A stretch of DNA of 60,696 bases from an uncultured Chloroflexota bacterium (GTDB lineage: Bacteria; Chloroflexota; Limnocylindria; P2-11E): positions 21,651 through 82,346 of the forward strand of contig CAZSRI010000001.1 in assembly GCA_964609145.1 (NCBI GenBank). Reading direction: 5' to 3'. Shown piece by piece: positions 58,367 through 60,696 of this stretch (its first letter is position 1; the number at the start of each line of letters is the position of its first letter). A model generated the notes under the pieces. The model was not told the DNA's origin. It saw only the letters and a program-made list of their open reading frames with translations, and did no database searches. Position numbers and translations under genes: made by a program.

Positions 58367-58693
58367 ATGAGCTGGGCCGCCATGCCTGGGTCCGAGCGCG
58401 CGCGGCGGTCGGCCGACGGAACGCAGGAGGTGCGGGTCGTCGTCGAGGGGGGGTACCGACCGTCCCGCATCGAGCTCGAGGCGGGCGTGCCGGCCGTCCT
58501 GCGCTTCGAGCGCCGAGAGGACGACCCCTGCACCGAGCTGCTCGTGTCGGAGCTGTGGCCGAGCACGCATCGCCTGCGCGCGCATGCCGAGACCGAGATC
58601 CGCTTCACGCCGCAGCGTCCCGGCCGCTACGCCTTCACGTGCGGCATGGGCGTGTACTCGGGCGAGTTCGTCGTCCGCGGCGGGCGGTCCTGA
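58367..58693 (+). CDS. Small cupredoxin-like domain protein
   Basis: VRVVVEGGYRPSRIELEAGVPAVLRFER...RYAFTCGMGVYSGEFVV. The start is uncertain because the ORF is open from 58304. Confidence 0.55.
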   Translation: MSWAAMPGSERARRSADGTQEVRVVVEGGYRPSRIELEAGVPAVLRFERREDDPCTELLVSELWPSTHRLRAHAETEIRFTPQRPGRYAFTCGMGVYSGEFVVRGGRS

Positions 58694-58833
58694 CGCGGTC
58701 CACCGCTCGGCCCCGCGTTCCTCAGGGAGCTCTCAGCACGGTCCCAGTGGCACGCAAGCGATGACCGCGACGCTCTTGACCGAGCGGGTGGAACGCGACC
58801 CAGCATCCGCGCCGCCAACGAGGAGGCACACAC

Positions 58834-60696
58834 GTGAGCATCGCTGAGACGAGCCGAGCGTCGGTCATGACAGTAGAGCGACCCGAGGCGGTCGCGCCGG
58901 CCGGCGCGAGCGACGCGGCCGCTGAGAGCGAGCGCGAATACCGGCGGCTCATGCGCAGGTGGTGGTTCGGGGCCGCCGTCGGCGTGCCCACGATGCTCCT
59001 GTCGTATCCGTGGCTGCTCCCGGTCCTGCGCGACGTCTTCCCGCGAGGGAGCGTGGCGCTCCATCACCTGTGGGTGGTCATGGGTATCGCGAGCCTCGCC
59101 GTGCTCGCGTACTCGGGGAGCCAGTTCTTCGTCGGTTTCCTCGAGAGCGTCAAGCACCGCTCGGCGACGATGCACACGCTCATCGCCATCGGCACGGGGA
59201 CGGCGTGGGCGTACTCGACGGTCGCGCTCCTGGCCCCGCAGCTCTTCCCCTCCGCCGAGTTCACCGACGTGTACTACGACGTCACCGTCGTCGTCACGGC
59301 CCTCGTGGTCCTCGGGATGGCGATGGAGATCAGGGCGCGCGGCCGCACGAGCGAGGCCATCAAGAAGCTCATCGGTCTCCAGCCGCGCACGGCGCGCGTC
59401 ATCCGCGACGGCGCCGAGGAGACCGTGCCGGTCGAGGACGTGCGGGTCGGCGAGCTCGTGGTCGTGCGTCCGAGCGAGCGCATCCCGCTCGACGGCGCCA
59501 TCGTCAGCGGCTCTTCCGCGGTCGACGAGTCGATGCTCACGGGCGAGTCGATGCCGGTCGACAAGGCCGTCGGCGACGAGGTCATCGGCGCGACGATGAA
59601 CACCCTCGGCTCCTTCACCTTCCGCGTGACGAAGGTCGGCGCCGACACCGCGCTGGCGAGCATCGTGCGCCTCGTCCAGGACGCGCAGGCCACGAAGGTC
59701 CCGATCCAGCGGATCGTCGACCAGGTGAGCCGCTTCTTCACACCGATCGTCGTCATGCTCGCGGTGGCGGGCTTCGTCGTCTGGTACGACCTCGGTCCGG
59801 CGCCCGCGTTCGCCTACGCGACGATCGTCATGGTCACGACGCTCGTCATCGCGTGCCCGTGCGCGCTGGGCATGGCCACGCCGATGTCGCTCACGACGGG
59901 GATCGGCAAGGCGGCGGAGCACGGCGTGCTCATCCGCTCCGGCGAGGCGCTCCAGGGCGCGCAGCGCCTGGACACGGTCGTCCTCGACAAGACCGGGACC
60001 ATCACCAAGGGCGAGCCCTCGCTCACGGACGTCGTACCGTCGTCCTTCGACGAGCGCGAGCTCCTCCGGCTCGCCGCGAGCGCCGAGGCCGGGAGCGAGC
60101 ACCCGCTCGGCCAGGCCATCGTCGCCGGCGCCCGCGCGCGCGGCATCGAGCTCGCCGCCGCCGGGTCCTTCGCCGCCGCGCCCGGCGGCGGGATCGACGC
60201 GGTCGTGGACGGGCGCGACGTCCGCATCGGCAACGAGCGCTACCTCCGCGAGTCGGGCGTCGACCTCGAGGGGCTCCCGGCACCGTGGGCCGTCCTCGCG
60301 GAGGAGGGCAAGACGCCGATGTACGTGGCGATCGACGGGAAGGCCGCCGGCCTCGTGGCGGTCGCCGACACCATCAAGGAGGACTCGGTCGCCGCGATCA
60401 AGCGTCTGCGCGCGCTGGGACTCGAGGTCGCGATGCTGACCGGCGACAACAAGCGCACCGCGAACGCCATCGCGCGCCAGGTCGGCGTCGACCGCGTGCT
60501 CGCGGAGGTCCAGCCCGGCGAGAAGGCGCTCGAGGTGCGCAAGCTCCAGCTCGAGGGCAAGCGCGTCGGGATGGTCGGCGACGGGACGAACGACGCTCCG
60601 GCGCTGACGCAGGCCGACGTCGGCTTCGCCATCGGCTCCGGGACCGACGTGGCCATCGAGGCGGCGGACGTGACGCTCATCGGCGGGAGCCTCAAG
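58834..60696 (+). CDS. P1B-type heavy-metal ATPase lacking an N-terminal HMA domain (3' end beyond the window)
   Basis: Hand translation from GTG 58834 (AGGAGG RBS at 58821-58826) gives [28 protein letters not shown] and GDGTNDAP. The protein enters the TM region after ~40 aa with no CxxC motif. The frame is open to the window end and is absent from the ORF track. Confidence 0.85.
   Translation, partial: MSIAETSRASVMTVERPEAVAPAGASDAAAESEREYRRLMRRWWFGAAVGVPTMLLSYPWLLPVLRDVFPRGSVALHHLWVVMGIASLAVLAYSGSQFFVGFLESVKHRSATMHTLIAIGTGTAWAYSTVALLAPQLFPSAEFTDVYYDVTVVVTALVVLGMAMEIRARGRTSEAIKKLIGLQPRTARVIRDGAEETVPVEDVRVGELVVVRPSERIPLDGAIVSGSSAVDESMLTGESMPVDKAVGDEVIGATMNTLGSFTFRVTKVGADTALASIVRLVQDAQATKVPIQRIVDQVSRFFTPIVVMLAVAGFVVWYDLGPAPAFAYATIVMVTTLVIACPCALGMATPMSLTTGIGKAAEHGVLIRSGEALQGAQRLDTVVLDKTGTITKGEPSLTDVVPSSFDERELLRLAASAEAGSEHPLGQAIVAGARARGIELAAAGSFAAAPGGGIDAVVDGRDVRIGNERYLRESGVDLEGLPAPWAVLAEEGKTPMYVAIDGKAAGLVAVADTIKEDSVAAIKRLRALGLEVAMLTGDNKRTANAIARQVGVDRVLAEVQPGEKALEVRKLQLEGKRVGMVGDGTNDAPALTQADVGFAIGSGTDVAIEAADVTLIGGSLK

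Noticed and set aside
37074-60696. Integrase, transposase or att repeat that would prove a tRNA-Pro-linked mobile island
   Set aside because: None was recognisable on either strand by eye. The island idea is therefore kept only as a hypothesis in the findings, and no mobile_element feature is called.

Overview
Very GC-rich (over 70% by eye) bacterial chromosomal segment. Gene content looks Actinomycetota- or Chloroflexota-like (UPF0182, MMPL, many overlapping or leaderless-looking starts); lineage cannot be fixed from sequence alone. Most long ORFs on the six-frame track are alternate-frame shadows of real genes, so calls rest on recognisable protein motifs and start/stop coupling. There are three blocks. 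(1) 0-27.3 kb is cell-envelope glycan machinery: a GT-C-like membrane protein, two SAM methyltransferases, a Wzt/TagH-like ABC ATPase, four GT4-type glycosyltransferase genes in two paralogous pairs (one a double-domain enzyme) plus a fifth GT4 at 26.1 kb, a 7-gene nucleotide-sugar operon with two aminotransferases and two acyltransferases, and a polyprenol-phosphate GT2. metF, an Fpg/Nei glycosylase, a lipoprotein and UPF0182 are interspersed. (2) 27.3-37 kb is housekeeping: PpiC-type PPIase, mazG, rph, rdgB, DUF488, MOSC, gltB, a Fet4-like permease and tRNA-Pro(UGG). (3) 37-60.7 kb, directly after the tRNA, is an accessory metal-handling block: MMPL, MFS, vapBC, csoR-copZ-copA-YHS, three cupredoxin-like proteins, an ArsA-like ATPase plus coiled-coil protein plus HK/RR operon, CcdA plus an Lgt paralog, orphan merB, a two-permease FtsX-type ABC system whose ATPase carries a C-terminal YHS domain, and a second HMA-less P1B ATPase. 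This block also holds gene remnants. The least explained signals are at nucleotide level. First, a family of about 30-nt G-run/C-run hairpin elements sits at cistron junctions and in-frame inside fpg, gltB and a glycosyltransferase; the same element is read in different frames, as with Rickettsia palindromic elements. Second, two homologous ~100-bp arrays of GGCAYC/GRTGCC half-sites with an exact 21-bp period lie in front of the two glycosyltransferase operons. Third, canonical G-quadruplex motifs follow two start codons. No CRISPR array, transposase, integrase or rRNA was seen.
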